Under the pieces are notes generated by a model. It saw nothing but the letters and a program-made list of their open reading frames with translations. It searched no databases and had not been told where the DNA came from. This document shows positions 39,691 through 49,828 of a stretch of DNA of 64,000 bases, in pieces. This DNA comes from Nitrosopumilus sp. (GTDB taxonomy: Archaea; Thermoproteota; Nitrososphaeria; Nitrososphaerales; Nitrosopumilaceae). The stretch lies in the NCBI GenBank assembly GCA_965204345.1, contig OZ241981.1, positions 1,280,001 through 1,344,000 of the forward strand, written 5' to 3'. A program made the position numbers and the translations under genes. Every line of letters starts with the position of its first letter. Position 1 is the first letter of the stretch.

Positions 39691-39851
39691 TTTTTTTCAA
39701 CCTTCCTAATAACAATCTCGTGTCCATTTTTGACATGTACAGAATGTGTTGTTTTTAATAATTCACTAATCTTATCCTCAGTATAGAACTTGATGTTGTA
39801 GCGTCCTAAGATTTTTTTACAGTTTGAACAATACACCTCTCTGAATTCCAT
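39687..39851 (-). CDS. 54-aa CxxC...HxxH...H metal-binding microprotein
   Basis: Manual translation MEFREVYCSNCKKILGRYNIKFYTEDKISELLKTTHSVHVKNGHEIVIRKVEKN. Confidence 0.7.
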   Translation of the reverse strand: MEFREVYCSNCKKILGRYNIKFYTEDKISELLKTTHSVHVKNGHEIVIRKVEKN

Positions 39852-39918
39852 TTTTATATTTTGCAATTATTTCAATGTATAATAAAGAAACTTATTCAGG
39901 ATTTCAAATTTTTATAAT

Positions 39919-40003
39919 GCGGGAGTCACCCAGCCTGGCCAACGGTGTAAGGTTCAGATCCTTATCTTTTAGGAGTTCGTGGGTTCAAATCCCACTTCCC
40001 GCA
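39919..40003 (+). tRNA. tRNA-Leu(CAG)
   Basis: GCGGGAG...TAAGG-TTCAGAT-CCTTA, long variable arm, GGTTCAAATCC, TTCCCGC-A. Confidence 0.93.
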
Positions 40004-40007
40004 CCTA

Positions 40008-41939
40008 CTAATTTTTCAAATTTTCTATTGTTTTTTTGATATTTTTTAAAAGAATGCCATTAATTGTCTCACCAGACGCTTTTCCTCTCAATTCTTTCAT
40101 AACAATTCCCATCAACGGTCCTGCAGCCCGTTCTTTTTGGTTTTTAATTATCTCTTGATTTTTATTTACAATATCTTCAATAATTTTCTCTAAATCACCT
40201 TCGCTTATCGATTCAATTGAAGCGTTTTTCATAGCCTCTTCTGGGGTTTTTGATTTTCCAGACATTATGTCCTGTAAAATTATTTCTATAGACTCTTTTG
40301 CAATTTTCCCTTCCTCTAACAATTGAAATATCTTCAAAATTTCCTCATTTTTTAATAAATTAGAATCTAATCCATTACGTTCTAGATTTGTAATTGAAGA
40401 ACAAAGAATTGATGCAACAAATGTTGGTTGGGTATTAGTATCTTCAATAATTTTTTCAAATAATCCAATATACCGCGAATCAAAAATTTGTTCAGCTAGT
40501 TGAAGATTAATCCTATACTTTGTTTCTAATTCTTTGATAGACTCATCCCATGATTTAGGTATATTTTTTTCTGCCTCTGATAACTCTTCTTTTGTGATTA
40601 TTATTGGCGGAATATCTGTCTCAGGATACATACGTGCAGCTCCTGGTCTTGGCCTGAGAAACTTGGTTTCTCCTGATTGAGTAGCTAATCTGGTGTCTAT
40701 TGGTATTCCATTGTATTTGATATGTTCAATCCTCAAGACAATCTGCTCTACAATAGTATGGATTTTTTCTTGAGGTGACGCTAAAATTAAAAATGCATCA
40801 TTTTCTCTGATTTCTGCAAATTCCTTTAATTTTTTTAGATCCGGTTCCTCTACCCCATAGTTAGGCAATTCGTCTGAATGAAATACTCCGCCTATTCCAA
40901 AAAATCTTACTAGCTCTGCGATTTCTTTTCCCAATCTAATGTTTTCATAGGGAGAATATCCAAACATTCCACCCATATTTCTAAAAGATATGGCAATAAT
41001 TTTCTGATTTTTCTTTATCGCATTTTGAATAACTTTTGATTTACATTTTGAAAATAATCCCGTAATGTCTTTTTTATCCTCTGTGCCAAATTTCCAATTT
41101 CTTTCTTGAATTTTTTTTGAGATTTTTAATAAACCGTGTTGTCTTTTAGCCTCATATTCTACAACCCCTTCTAATTGATCTAACTGCTGCACTCCCTTTA
41201 CCTCAATCACAACTCCTCCTCCATCCCTGATTGAAACATTAACATCCTGCCTAATTGTTCCTAATCCACGTTTCACTTGTTTTGTACTTCTCAAAATTCT
41301 TCCCAATGATAATGCAATTTCCTTGATCTCTGCTAATTTTACCTCAAAAGGCTCTGTTGCAATTTCAACCAGCGGTACTCCCAAGCGTTCCAATCCGAAT
41401 TTTCTTACAGATCCCTCTTCTCCTAATATCTTGGCAGCATCCTCTTCAAGACAAACTGACTGAATTCCTATCCTTGTCTCTCCTACATTATAAAATCCCC
41501 CCTGTGAAATTAACATTGTACGTTGAAATCCGGTTGTATTGGAGCCATCAATCACTGTTTTTCTCATGGGATAAATCTCACTAAAAATATTCGATTTTAA
41601 GGCAGAAGAAATGATTAATGCAATTTTTCTTGCATCTATGTCTAATTCATGTGGCGGCTCTTCATCCTGTTCTACTAGGCAGCTACTTTCAGGATTAGCA
41701 TAATACATTATTGTTTTTGATTTTGTGCTTTCAAATAATGCGGCAGGATCAAATTCCCCCAATTCACTCTTTGATGCTCGTAATCTCCTCTGGAATTTAA
41801 TCGAATATCCATCTGATTCAATATGGCTACAATTACAGAATAGTTTTTTATTAGTTGCAAGTTGTTGGTGTATTTCCAATCCTACCTTGACACCTGCATC
41901 ATTAATTGAAAATTCCTCCATACTACTTTCTCTCATCAT
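40008..41939 (-). CDS. gatE: Glu-tRNA(Gln) amidotransferase subunit E
   Basis: GLEIHQQL, DGSNTTGFQRT, RGLGTIRQDVN, RPRPGAARMYPETD; alternative ATG at 41921. Confidence 0.97.
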   Translation of the reverse strand: MMRESSMEEFSINDAGVKVGLEIHQQLATNKKLFCNCSHIESDGYSIKFQRRLRASKSELGEFDPAALFESTKSKTIMYYANPESSCLVEQDEEPPHELDIDARKIALIISSALKSNIFSEIYPMRKTVIDGSNTTGFQRTMLISQGGFYNVGETRIGIQSVCLEEDAAKILGEEGSVRKFGLERLGVPLVEIATEPFEVKLAEIKEIALSLGRILRSTKQVKRGLGTIRQDVNVSIRDGGGVVIEVKGVQQLDQLEGVVEYEAKRQHGLLKISKKIQERNWKFGTEDKKDITGLFSKCKSKVIQNAIKKNQKIIAISFRNMGGMFGYSPYENIRLGKEIAELVRFFGIGGVFHSDELPNYGVEEPDLKKLKEFAEIRENDAFLILASPQEKIHTIVEQIVLRIEHIKYNGIPIDTRLATQSGETKFLRPRPGAARMYPETDIPPIIITKEELSEAEKNIPKSWDESIKELETKYRINLQLAEQIFDSRYIGLFEKIIEDTNTQPTFVASILCSSITNLERNGLDSNLLKNEEILKIFQLLEEGKIAKESIEIILQDIMSGKSKTPEEAMKNASIESISEGDLEKIIEDIVNKNQEIIKNQKERAAGPLMGIVMKELRGKASGETINGILLKNIKKTIENLKN

Positions 41940-43225
41940 GTTGAAAATTCAGATGCAATTCTACTGAGCATCAATTCCTTGATTTCATCATAGTTTTCAG
42001 TGTTTCCAGTGACCCACATTGCTTTAACTAGTGCAACTTCTGGAATCATATTTTCTAGAGGAACTATCCCTAAATCAAGTAAATCTCTGCCACTTTCATA
42101 AACCGTCATTCTTATTCTGCCATCTATACATTGAGAAGTCATTCCCATAAAGATGCCCTTATCACCTGCCGCTTTTACCATCGGATACATGTTTTCCCCA
42201 ATATGTCCCAGACCAGTACCTTCAAAAATTATTGTCTTGTAGTTAGAATCTATCATATCTTTTAACAAGGATGGATCATATCCAGGATAATATTTAACTA
42301 GTGCAACTTTTTCATTTATTTTTATTTTTGGTTCAAACTCTTTTGTTGTAAAGAAATCTGTTTTCATATTGCTGTGTATCTCATTATTCACAATTAAAAA
42401 CGCGGGATCATTTCCAACTGTTTGAAATGCCCCTCTTTTACTTGTATGATTTTTCCTTACTCTTGTACCTATGTGGCATGCAATCGTCTCATCACTTTCA
42501 TCTTGATGCATTGCTATGTAGATGCCATTTATTTTACATTCGGTGAGAAATTTTGTAGCTCCAATCAGATTTAATGCGGCATCTGATGATGCACGATCTG
42601 AGGATCTTTGCGAACCTACCAATACTATTGGCATTGGAAATCCTGCCAATGAAAATGAAAGATATGATGACGTGTAATGCATAGTATCTGTACCATGTGC
42701 AATTATGATCCCCGAATAGTCTGATTTAGAGTATTTTTTGACTTCTTCAGCAATTTTTAACCAGTGCTTAGGCATAATGTTTTCTGAATATTCAGAAAAC
42801 AATACTTTGGCATCTATATTTGCAATTTTAGCAAGCTCTGGCACTGACGAATTCAGTTCTTCTGCTGTTAGAACTGGTGTAACTGCACCTGTTCTATAAT
42901 CAATTTTACTTGCAATTGTGCCCCCTGTTGATAACAATAAAATATTTGGCAAACTTTCATTTTTTGCTATTTTTTCATCTTTCTCAATAATTTTTTCTAC
43001 AGTCAGGTTTTTCTCAATATTTTGTATCTTGCTAATTTCCAAACCAACATTATATCCGTTTTTTAACTTCAAAACAATATGTCTATCGTCACCGTATTCG
43101 TATCTTGGCATAACTATTCCCGAATATGTAATATCTGCCAAGATTTTAACAGAATTTCCAATAATGATATTGTTTGTTTTGAGAAATTCTAATGATTTTC
43201 CATCATACCCGGTATATTCAGACAT
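41936..43225 (-). CDS. gatD: Glu-tRNA(Gln) amidotransferase subunit D
   Basis: KLKNGYNVG, STGGTIAS, HGTDTM, SQRSSDR asparaginase-like motifs. Confidence 0.97.
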   Translation of the reverse strand: MSEYTGYDGKSLEFLKTNNIIIGNSVKILADITYSGIVMPRYEYGDDRHIVLKLKNGYNVGLEISKIQNIEKNLTVEKIIEKDEKIAKNESLPNILLLSTGGTIASKIDYRTGAVTPVLTAEELNSSVPELAKIANIDAKVLFSEYSENIMPKHWLKIAEEVKKYSKSDYSGIIIAHGTDTMHYTSSYLSFSLAGFPMPIVLVGSQRSSDRASSDAALNLIGATKFLTECKINGIYIAMHQDESDETIACHIGTRVRKNHTSKRGAFQTVGNDPAFLIVNNEIHSNMKTDFFTTKEFEPKIKINEKVALVKYYPGYDPSLLKDMIDSNYKTIIFEGTGLGHIGENMYPMVKAAGDKGIFMGMTSQCIDGRIRMTVYESGRDLLDLGIVPLENMIPEVALVKAMWVTGNTENYDEIKELMLSRIASEFST

Positions 43226-43257
43226 TTATGAAGATTAGATCTGTTATTTAATTAAAA

Positions 43258-45444
43258 CTACCTGTAATAGGAGGCCACTAATTTTTCACCCATCTTGAGG
43301 TCTTTTTGTTCTCTTACCTTCTTCACTGCTTCCTCAAAGTGTTTCATAGTCACTTTGGCATCTACATCCTTTTTCTCAATATCTTTTACATCCGGATGTG
43401 AATCTAAGAATTCATGAATTACTAGGGATACCGCAGTATTTGCAATAGACGCTGTATCTGCCCCGCTAAGTCCGTCAGCCAATTCTGCAAGCTTATCAAA
43501 GTCGACATGTTTTGGATCATTTTCATCACTAACAGTTGGAATTTTATCAGCATTAATTTTCAATATACTCTTTCTACTTTCTTTGTCTGGAAGTGGAATC
43601 TGGATAATTTTATCAAATCTGCCCGGTCTTAGTAACGCTGGATCAATCATGTCTGCTCTATTTGTAGCGGCCAGTACTATGACCCCATGCATATTTTCCA
43701 TACCGTCTAATTCTGTTAGTAATTGACTGACTACCCTTTCAGTAACTGCAGTTTCTCCTCCGGCTCCTCTAACTGGTGCAATGGAATCTATTTCATCAAA
43801 GAAAACAACACATGGCGATGATTGACGTGCACGTTTGAAAATTTCTCTAATGCCTCTCTCTGACTCTCCTATCCATTTTGATAAGAGCTCAGGACCCCTA
43901 ACTGAAACAAAGTTTGCTTCACTCTGAGTAGCCACTGCTTTGGCAAGTAGTGTTTTACCAGTACCGCTTGGACCGTGTAACAGTATGCCTCTTGGCATAT
44001 TATGTCCTAATTTATCATAAAGACCGGGATATTTCATTGGCCATTCAACGGCTTCCTGTAGTTCCCTCTTGACTTCTTCCAGACCTCCAACATCTTCCCA
44101 TTTTACATCAGGATTCTCAATGAAGACTTCTCTCATTCCAGACGGAGTAACTTCGATCAGTGCCTTTTGGAAATCTTCATGATTTACAATCAATTTATCC
44201 AAAGTTTCAGGCGGGAGTTTCTCTTCCTCCAAATTCAAAACCGGTAATAGTCTTCGTAAGCATTTCATTGCAGCCTCTTTACAAAGATATTCTAAATCCG
44301 CACCAACATATCCATGACTGACTGATGAGATCTTATCCAGGTTAACATCTTCGCCTAATGGCATGTTTCTACTATGAATTGCAAGAATGTCTTTTCGCCC
44401 CTTTTTATCTGGAACCTTAATCTCAATTTCTCTATCAAATCTACCCGGTCTTCTAAGTGCAGGGTCTATTGCATTTGGTCTGTTTGTTGCAGAAATAACG
44501 ATTACTTTGCCGCGTGCCTCCAACCCATCCATTAATGACAACATTTGAGAAACAACTCTTCTTTCGACTTCTCCAGTAACTTCCTCTCTTTTTGGTGCAA
44601 TAGAATCAATTTCATCAACAAAGATAATCGAAGGAGCCTTTTCTCTTGCTTCTTTGAAAATTTCTCTTAGTCTTGCTTCACTTTCACCATAAAACTTGCT
44701 CATTATTTCTGGGCCCGATATGCTGATAAAATGCGCATTACTTTCATTTGCTACTGCTTTGGCAAGTAATGTTTTACCGGTACCGGGAGGACCATACAAC
44801 AATACGCCTTTAGGTGCTTCAATACCTAGCTTTTCAAAAATTTCTGGATGTCTTAATGGAAGCTCAATCATCTCTCTAACTTTTTTAATTTCATTATGAA
44901 TTCCACCAATGTCTTCATAGGTAACTTGTGGAACACCACGTAATGTTTCCCCTTTTTCTGCAATGTGAAATACAGTTTTTTGAGTTACCAAAACAGCATC
45001 AGCTGCAGGTGTTACTTCAATTACTTGAAAAGTTAAGCGTCCACCAAAATATGGAACCATTACATTATCACCTTTGATCAAAGGAACACTTTCTAAAGCA
45101 TCTGCAAGATATCTTTCATCAATTGGAGGAATAGCTTCTAATGGTACAACTGTCACTTTTTCTGCTGCCACTGCCTTTATTTTTCTCACCGAAATTGTAT
45201 CTCCAATTGCAATTCCTGAATTATTTCTCCCCAATCCATCAATTCTAATAATTCCCTTTCCCTCATCTGACGGATACAGAGGAAGGCATTTTGCAACCGT
45301 TCTTCTTTTACCCTTTATTTCTATTACATCTCCGGTGGACGCACTTAGCGTATCCATAGAGTCATAATCGATTCTTGCCACTCCTCTTCCTACGTCTCGC
45401 GTATATGCCTCAAGAACTTTAAGAGAAAGAGCGTTTTGACTCAT
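43258..45444 (-). CDS. cdc48: Cdc48/VAT AAA+ ATPase
   Basis: N-domain plus two AAA modules ([22 protein letters not shown] twice). Confidence 0.96.
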   Translation of the reverse strand: MSQNALSLKVLEAYTRDVGRGVARIDYDSMDTLSASTGDVIEIKGKRRTVAKCLPLYPSDEGKGIIRIDGLGRNNSGIAIGDTISVRKIKAVAAEKVTVVPLEAIPPIDERYLADALESVPLIKGDNVMVPYFGGRLTFQVIEVTPAADAVLVTQKTVFHIAEKGETLRGVPQVTYEDIGGIHNEIKKVREMIELPLRHPEIFEKLGIEAPKGVLLYGPPGTGKTLLAKAVANESNAHFISISGPEIMSKFYGESEARLREIFKEAREKAPSIIFVDEIDSIAPKREEVTGEVERRVVSQMLSLMDGLEARGKVIVISATNRPNAIDPALRRPGRFDREIEIKVPDKKGRKDILAIHSRNMPLGEDVNLDKISSVSHGYVGADLEYLCKEAAMKCLRRLLPVLNLEEEKLPPETLDKLIVNHEDFQKALIEVTPSGMREVFIENPDVKWEDVGGLEEVKRELQEAVEWPMKYPGLYDKLGHNMPRGILLHGPSGTGKTLLAKAVATQSEANFVSVRGPELLSKWIGESERGIREIFKRARQSSPCVVFFDEIDSIAPVRGAGGETAVTERVVSQLLTELDGMENMHGVIVLAATNRADMIDPALLRPGRFDKIIQIPLPDKESRKSILKINADKIPTVSDENDPKHVDFDKLAELADGLSGADTASIANTAVSLVIHEFLDSHPDVKDIEKKDVDAKVTMKHFEEAVKKVREQKDLKMGEKLVASYYR

Positions 45445-45547
45445 ACTCAATGGCCTCAATTCTAATTTTTATACCTTTGCGGCAATCTCCAAAGATAACA
45501 CACAATATCACAAGCTTAAAATTCTCTTTGGGTCAGAAACGATCAAC

Positions 45548-46282
45548 TTGGGTAAAAGACCGTTAGTTCGTAGACGTGGCCGTGGAGGCAATCAATTTAG
45601 ATCTACATCTACTGGCAAAGTAGGCACAAAAGCAAATTATCCCCGTTTTCCACTTTCAGAACAGCATGAGGGGGAGATCATTGATCTTGTTCATGAACGT
45701 GGTAGGGAAGCACCATTAGCTAAAGTTAGATTTGAAGATGGTTCTGTTTCATTCGTACCCGCTGTTCTTGGAACTACAGTAGGCACAACTTTACAATTTG
45801 GACTAAAATCAGAAATTGAGCAAGGAAATGTCATTAGTGTTCAAAACATTCCTGATGGTACAATTGTTTGTAATATTGAAAAACACTTTGGAGATGGCGG
45901 TGCTATTGTCAAGTCAGCTGGTACTAATGCAACTATCTTTTCTCATGGTGATGATGGCGTAACAATCAAACTACCTTCTGGAAAATTTGCCACTCTTAAT
46001 CCTAAAAACAGAGCTATGATTGGTACCCTTGCCGGGGGTGGTGCAACTGAACGTCACTTTATGAGTGCAGGTAACAAATGGCGCAGTTTTAAGGCTAAGG
46101 GAAAGAAATATCCAATTGTTAGGGGTGTTGCCCAAGCAGCTTACGTACATCCACACGGCGGTGGCCGTCATCAACACGTTGGACAAAGCTCAACTGTTTC
46201 AAGAGACGCTCCTCCCGGTGCAAAAGTGGGTAGTATTGCTGCAAGAAAGACTGGCAGAGCTAGAATTAAAGAAAGAAAGTAG
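45548..46282 (+). CDS. rpl2: 50S ribosomal protein L2
   Basis: RRRGRG, KLPSG, VRGVA...HPHGGG, PPGAKVG.IAARKTG. Confidence 0.96.
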   Translation: MGKRPLVRRRGRGGNQFRSTSTGKVGTKANYPRFPLSEQHEGEIIDLVHERGREAPLAKVRFEDGSVSFVPAVLGTTVGTTLQFGLKSEIEQGNVISVQNIPDGTIVCNIEKHFGDGGAIVKSAGTNATIFSHGDDGVTIKLPSGKFATLNPKNRAMIGTLAGGGATERHFMSAGNKWRSFKAKGKKYPIVRGVAQAAYVHPHGGGRHQHVGQSSTVSRDAPPGAKVGSIAARKTGRARIKERK

Positions 46283-46331
46283 CTTTCTTTTGGCCTAAAA
46301 TTGATTAATACCTCAATAGAATATTCTTTTG

Positions 46332-46610
46332 ATGTCCAATCAACGCGTTAGACTGTTTGTAACCGGAAAAGTACAGGGTGTTTTTTTCCGCCAAACACTA
46401 AAAGTTATGGCCAAAAAAAATAATATTTTTGGTTGGGTAAAAAATCTCAAAGATGGCAGGGTAGAAGCTGTTTTAGAAGGCGATGGAGAAAGAGTTAGCA
46501 GATTAATTCAATGGGCTCATGGCGGGCCTGCAAATGCTAGAGTTGAAGATGTGCAAATCCGTAATGAAAAATTCATTTCAGAATTTACAAAATTTGATGT
46601 TTTATACTAG
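46332..46610 (+). CDS. acyP: Acylphosphatase
   Basis: GKVQGVFFR, GWVKN..DGRVE. Confidence 0.93.
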   Translation: MSNQRVRLFVTGKVQGVFFRQTLKVMAKKNNIFGWVKNLKDGRVEAVLEGDGERVSRLIQWAHGGPANARVEDVQIRNEKFISEFTKFDVLY

Positions 46611-46939
46611 TGAATTTCTTCAAACGCCTCTCTGATAGTCTGGCTTATTGTTGAAATATCTTGCCCATTTTTTACCTGAACAATTCTAATTGGATCTTTT
46701 CTATTCTTTTGAATCTTGATGATTACTCCGTCTTTATCTGGTTCTACGTCTGCAAACCACCTAAATGTCATTGATTTGCAAAAAACTACTCTGTGCATTC
46801 TAACATCTTCTATCACTTTGTCACATAATGAGAAACAAAATTCTCTGATTGACTCAAATAATGGCAATACTGTAGATGGAATCTGTTTTTTAAAATCGTT
46901 ATAGTCCCTTTTATTTCCAAATGAGACTAGTCCGTTCAT
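46607..46939 (-). CDS. Hypothetical protein (possible DUF5655/YdhG-like fold)
   Basis: 110-aa ORF directly downstream of the SRP RNA on the same strand; fold guess only. Confidence 0.6.
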   Translation of the reverse strand: MNGLVSFGNKRDYNDFKKQIPSTVLPLFESIREFCFSLCDKVIEDVRMHRVVFCKSMTFRWFADVEPDKDGVIIKIQKNRKDPIRIVQVKNGQDISTISQTIREAFEEIH

Positions 46940-46968
46940 GAATTTGTAGATTAAAGTTTAATTATAAA

Positions 46969-47284
46969 GGTAGTAGATCTGCTGGCTCCAGTCTAGACGA
47001 ATAGCCCCATTTCAAGGCATACAAGATCCGCCACGTTGACGAGGAAGCGTGGATGCTCCACCTTAAGACTGCTCCCTCCCGGACCTCGTCTCTTTCGATG
47101 GTTCGGTCTTAGAAGTTATCCCTTCGGATATTTCTAGTCCTGCAACCACCCGCCTCGGCGTGATTTCATTTCCGCACACCAAGCGGGAATCACCCTTCTA
47201 GAGATTTACCCAACAGTTGCTGATCTCTGCATATAGCCGGTTTCAGAATAGGGCACGGCTGGCACCCTGATCCTACCTACTACC
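46969..47284 (-). ncRNA. ffs: Signal recognition particle (7S) RNA
   Basis: Terminal helix GGTAGTAGGT/ATCTACTACC; Alu loops AGCC/GGCT; helix 6 TATCC-GAAG-GGATA; helix 8 GAGG-TCC-GGGA-GGG-AGCA; GC-rich 316 nt. Confidence 0.92.
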
Positions 47285-47315
47285 GTTTTTCCTAGGAAGG
47301 TATGTTATATTTGCA

Positions 47316-48230
47316 TTAGGTTTGATTTTCTTTTAGTCTTAGAACCGTGTTACAGACTGAGCATACACTACCTGTGCAATCACTACCACATTTTTCACAT
47401 TTTGTTTTTTCTTTGGTATTTGAATTCCTTACCACCTGTGAAACTCTGAGAATTGACTGATACAAATTATTCTTAATTCCACTATGCTGATTTTCTAATG
47501 AATTTAAAAATTCACGAATCTCCGTCCTTATTCCCTCATTCATGTGCGGGCACGGTTCTGATTGGAATGGCATGTCATTTGTAAATGCATAAAAGACTAT
47601 TTCAGATTCATAAATCTCACAAAACGGTTTTATTTTTCTTAAATCATTGGCAGAGGTATCCGGATCCATCCATCCAATCTTGGTAGTATCCCCTGAAAGC
47701 ATGTTGATCACAAATGTCTGTAGGGTATCATCTAAGTTATGGCCTGTTGCAATTACATTTGCACCGACATCTTTGGCTGCATAATCAATAGCTCTTCTTC
47801 TCAGTGTCCCACATATAGAACATGACGAGGTTTTTTCATTATCACGCAAATCCAAAGCTTCATCCAATGTTAATTCAAAAAGATCCTTGTAAGAGTAAAC
47901 TTTGTGTTTTACATCTAGTTCTCCACAAAATTTCTCAACAATTTCCAAAGCTTCATTTCTATACCCTGGTATGCCTTCATCTATGGTAACTGCTATAATT
48001 TGGAAACTATGAGTCAATGCCATTTCATTGATAATTTTTAATAATGCTAGAGAGTCCTTACCTCCTGATACTGCAACAGCTACTAATTCGTTATGCTTGA
48101 TCATATTGTATTTTGAGATGGTTTTAGCTGTTTTTCTTATGATGGATTTTGAAAAACATTGCGAACAAAGACTTTCTCCCGAATATTTCCTAGTATATGC
48201 AGCAAGATTATCACATCTATCACATTTCAT
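47316..48230 (-). CDS. TtuA/Ncs6-like tRNA 2-thiolation protein (PP-loop ATPase)
   Basis: SGGKDS, CSICG.LRR, TGHNLDD, CP; N- and C-terminal Zn fingers. Confidence 0.9.
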   Translation of the reverse strand: MKCDRCDNLAAYTRKYSGESLCSQCFSKSIIRKTAKTISKYNMIKHNELVAVAVSGGKDSLALLKIINEMALTHSFQIIAVTIDEGIPGYRNEALEIVEKFCGELDVKHKVYSYKDLFELTLDEALDLRDNEKTSSCSICGTLRRRAIDYAAKDVGANVIATGHNLDDTLQTFVINMLSGDTTKIGWMDPDTSANDLRKIKPFCEIYESEIVFYAFTNDMPFQSEPCPHMNEGIRTEIREFLNSLENQHSGIKNNLYQSILRVSQVVRNSNTKEKTKCEKCGSDCTGSVCSVCNTVLRLKENQT

Positions 48231-48275
48231 AAAATTAGATAGTTTTTTTTCATTAATTATTCTTTAGATGCTTTT

Positions 48276-49472
48276 TTAGATTGTAAACCATCCGGATTTC
48301 CAATACGACAGCCCAATGTTGAGGCCAAATAGCACAAATGTAAATGCATAGATTCCCCACATTACAATATTTACTGACTTGTCTGAGGCTCTTTTATCAA
48401 TAATTGTATGAATGAATTTCCCTCCATCCAAGATTGGTAAAGGAAGCATGTTGATAATGCCAATAAAAAATGAAATCATCCAAAGCCACAACAAAAATAT
48501 TGATAGGTTTGGATCGTTCCATTCTATGAAATTCATTACAGGCTTGTATGCAAATGAGTTATCTCTCATAATTCCAATTAATCCTCTTTCAGGATCTTCT
48601 GGCGAAGGCGTTATTTCTACACCAAAGTTTAATGGCTGGCCATCTCTAATCACAGAGACACTTGCAGCATCTCCTGGATTTAGAGCAGGAAAATCAGCGG
48701 GACTGAATATCGGTTTGTCATTAATTGAAGTAATGATGTCATTTGCAAGTAATCCTGCTTGTTCAGCTCCGGAGTTTTCAATTATTGAAAGTATCAAGAC
48801 TCCTTCGGGAGATTCATAAAATATGCCAAGTAATGGCTCAGGCAGAATCATTGCAAAAAACGGATTTGTCAATAAAACAGCACCTAGCACAAATGCAAAT
48901 AACACGTTTGATGTGGCACCCGCGCCAATTACCCTTAGCTTTGAAATCTTTTTGGCCTTGTCAAATTCTTCCTCATCTGGTTCAACAAATCCTGCAAACA
49001 TTGCAATGAAAATTGCAAATCCGCCTGTTTTGATCTTTATTTTTTCAAGTGCAGCTACAATGCCATGTGCACCCTCATGAATAACCAAAACAATTGGTAT
49101 TGAAAGTAAAAAGTATGAAATTGACGATGCTGATGTTAATGTAACGCCTGGAATAAGTACAGTCAATGCTGCGAAATCGTCTTCTGCTACAAAAAAGTTT
49201 GAAATATTATTCAACAAAAACCAAAATGCAAACGCCATCATAATAAAGCCTGCAATTACGCTTGTATCTGCAAAAACCCTGATGCCTCTTTTGGTTCTAT
49301 TTAGAACTTTTATGAGAACTGAATTTACCCCCTTATTTTTATAAACAAGACTGTATGCTTTAATCTCAAAACCGTATCTTTCAAATTTAAGAGCTTTTGC
49401 AACTACAACAATGACTACCCAAGCCATTAGGACATAGATGATCGAATTTTGAGTAATAAAATCAAGTTCCAA
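48276..49472 (-). CDS. Site-2 protease (M50) with PDZ domain
   Basis: HEGAH, AGATSN, NMLP.PILDGG; PDZ-like SGAEQAGL..NDII. Confidence 0.92.
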   Translation of the reverse strand: MELDFITQNSIIYVLMAWVVIVVVAKALKFERYGFEIKAYSLVYKNKGVNSVLIKVLNRTKRGIRVFADTSVIAGFIMMAFAFWFLLNNISNFFVAEDDFAALTVLIPGVTLTSASSISYFLLSIPIVLVIHEGAHGIVAALEKIKIKTGGFAIFIAMFAGFVEPDEEEFDKAKKISKLRVIGAGATSNVLFAFVLGAVLLTNPFFAMILPEPLLGIFYESPEGVLILSIIENSGAEQAGLLANDIITSINDKPIFSPADFPALNPGDAASVSVIRDGQPLNFGVEITPSPEDPERGLIGIMRDNSFAYKPVMNFIEWNDPNLSIFLLWLWMISFFIGIINMLPLPILDGGKFIHTIIDKRASDKSVNIVMWGIYAFTFVLFGLNIGLSYWKSGWFTI

Positions 49473-49516
49473 ACTAACTGTTAATTTTTTTAAAGTACGG
49501 ACATTTATCGTTTACT

Positions 49517-49828
49517 ATGAAACCTGTAATAATTATTTCAACATATCCTAATAAAAAATCAATTTCCAAAATTGCAAATGAATTAGTACAACATAAAATC
49601 GTCGCATGTGTCAATATTTCTAAGATCTCATCAATTTACTCCTGGAAAGGAAAATTGGAAAATTCATCAGAATATATTGCCATTTTTAAGACGACAGCAA
49701 AAAACAAGCTTTTGTTAAAAAAAGAAATTAAAAAAACTCATCCATATGATGTTCCTGAAATTGCAGAAATAGACGTCGTTTCAATTGACAAATCTTATCT
49801 AAAATGGCTAATTGATTCTACCAACTAA
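49517..49828 (+). CDS. cutA: Divalent-cation tolerance protein CutA
   Basis: ACVNI, SIYSWKGK, HPYDVPEI. Confidence 0.93.
   Translation: MKPVIIISTYPNKKSISKIANELVQHKIVACVNISKISSIYSWKGKLENSSEYIAIFKTTAKNKLLLKKEIKKTHPYDVPEIAEIDVVSIDKSYLKWLIDSTN

Noticed and set aside
11341-40003. tRNA genes as integration sites for a provirus or island
   Set aside because: No integrase and no duplicated tRNA 3' ends were seen; flanking genes are housekeeping.
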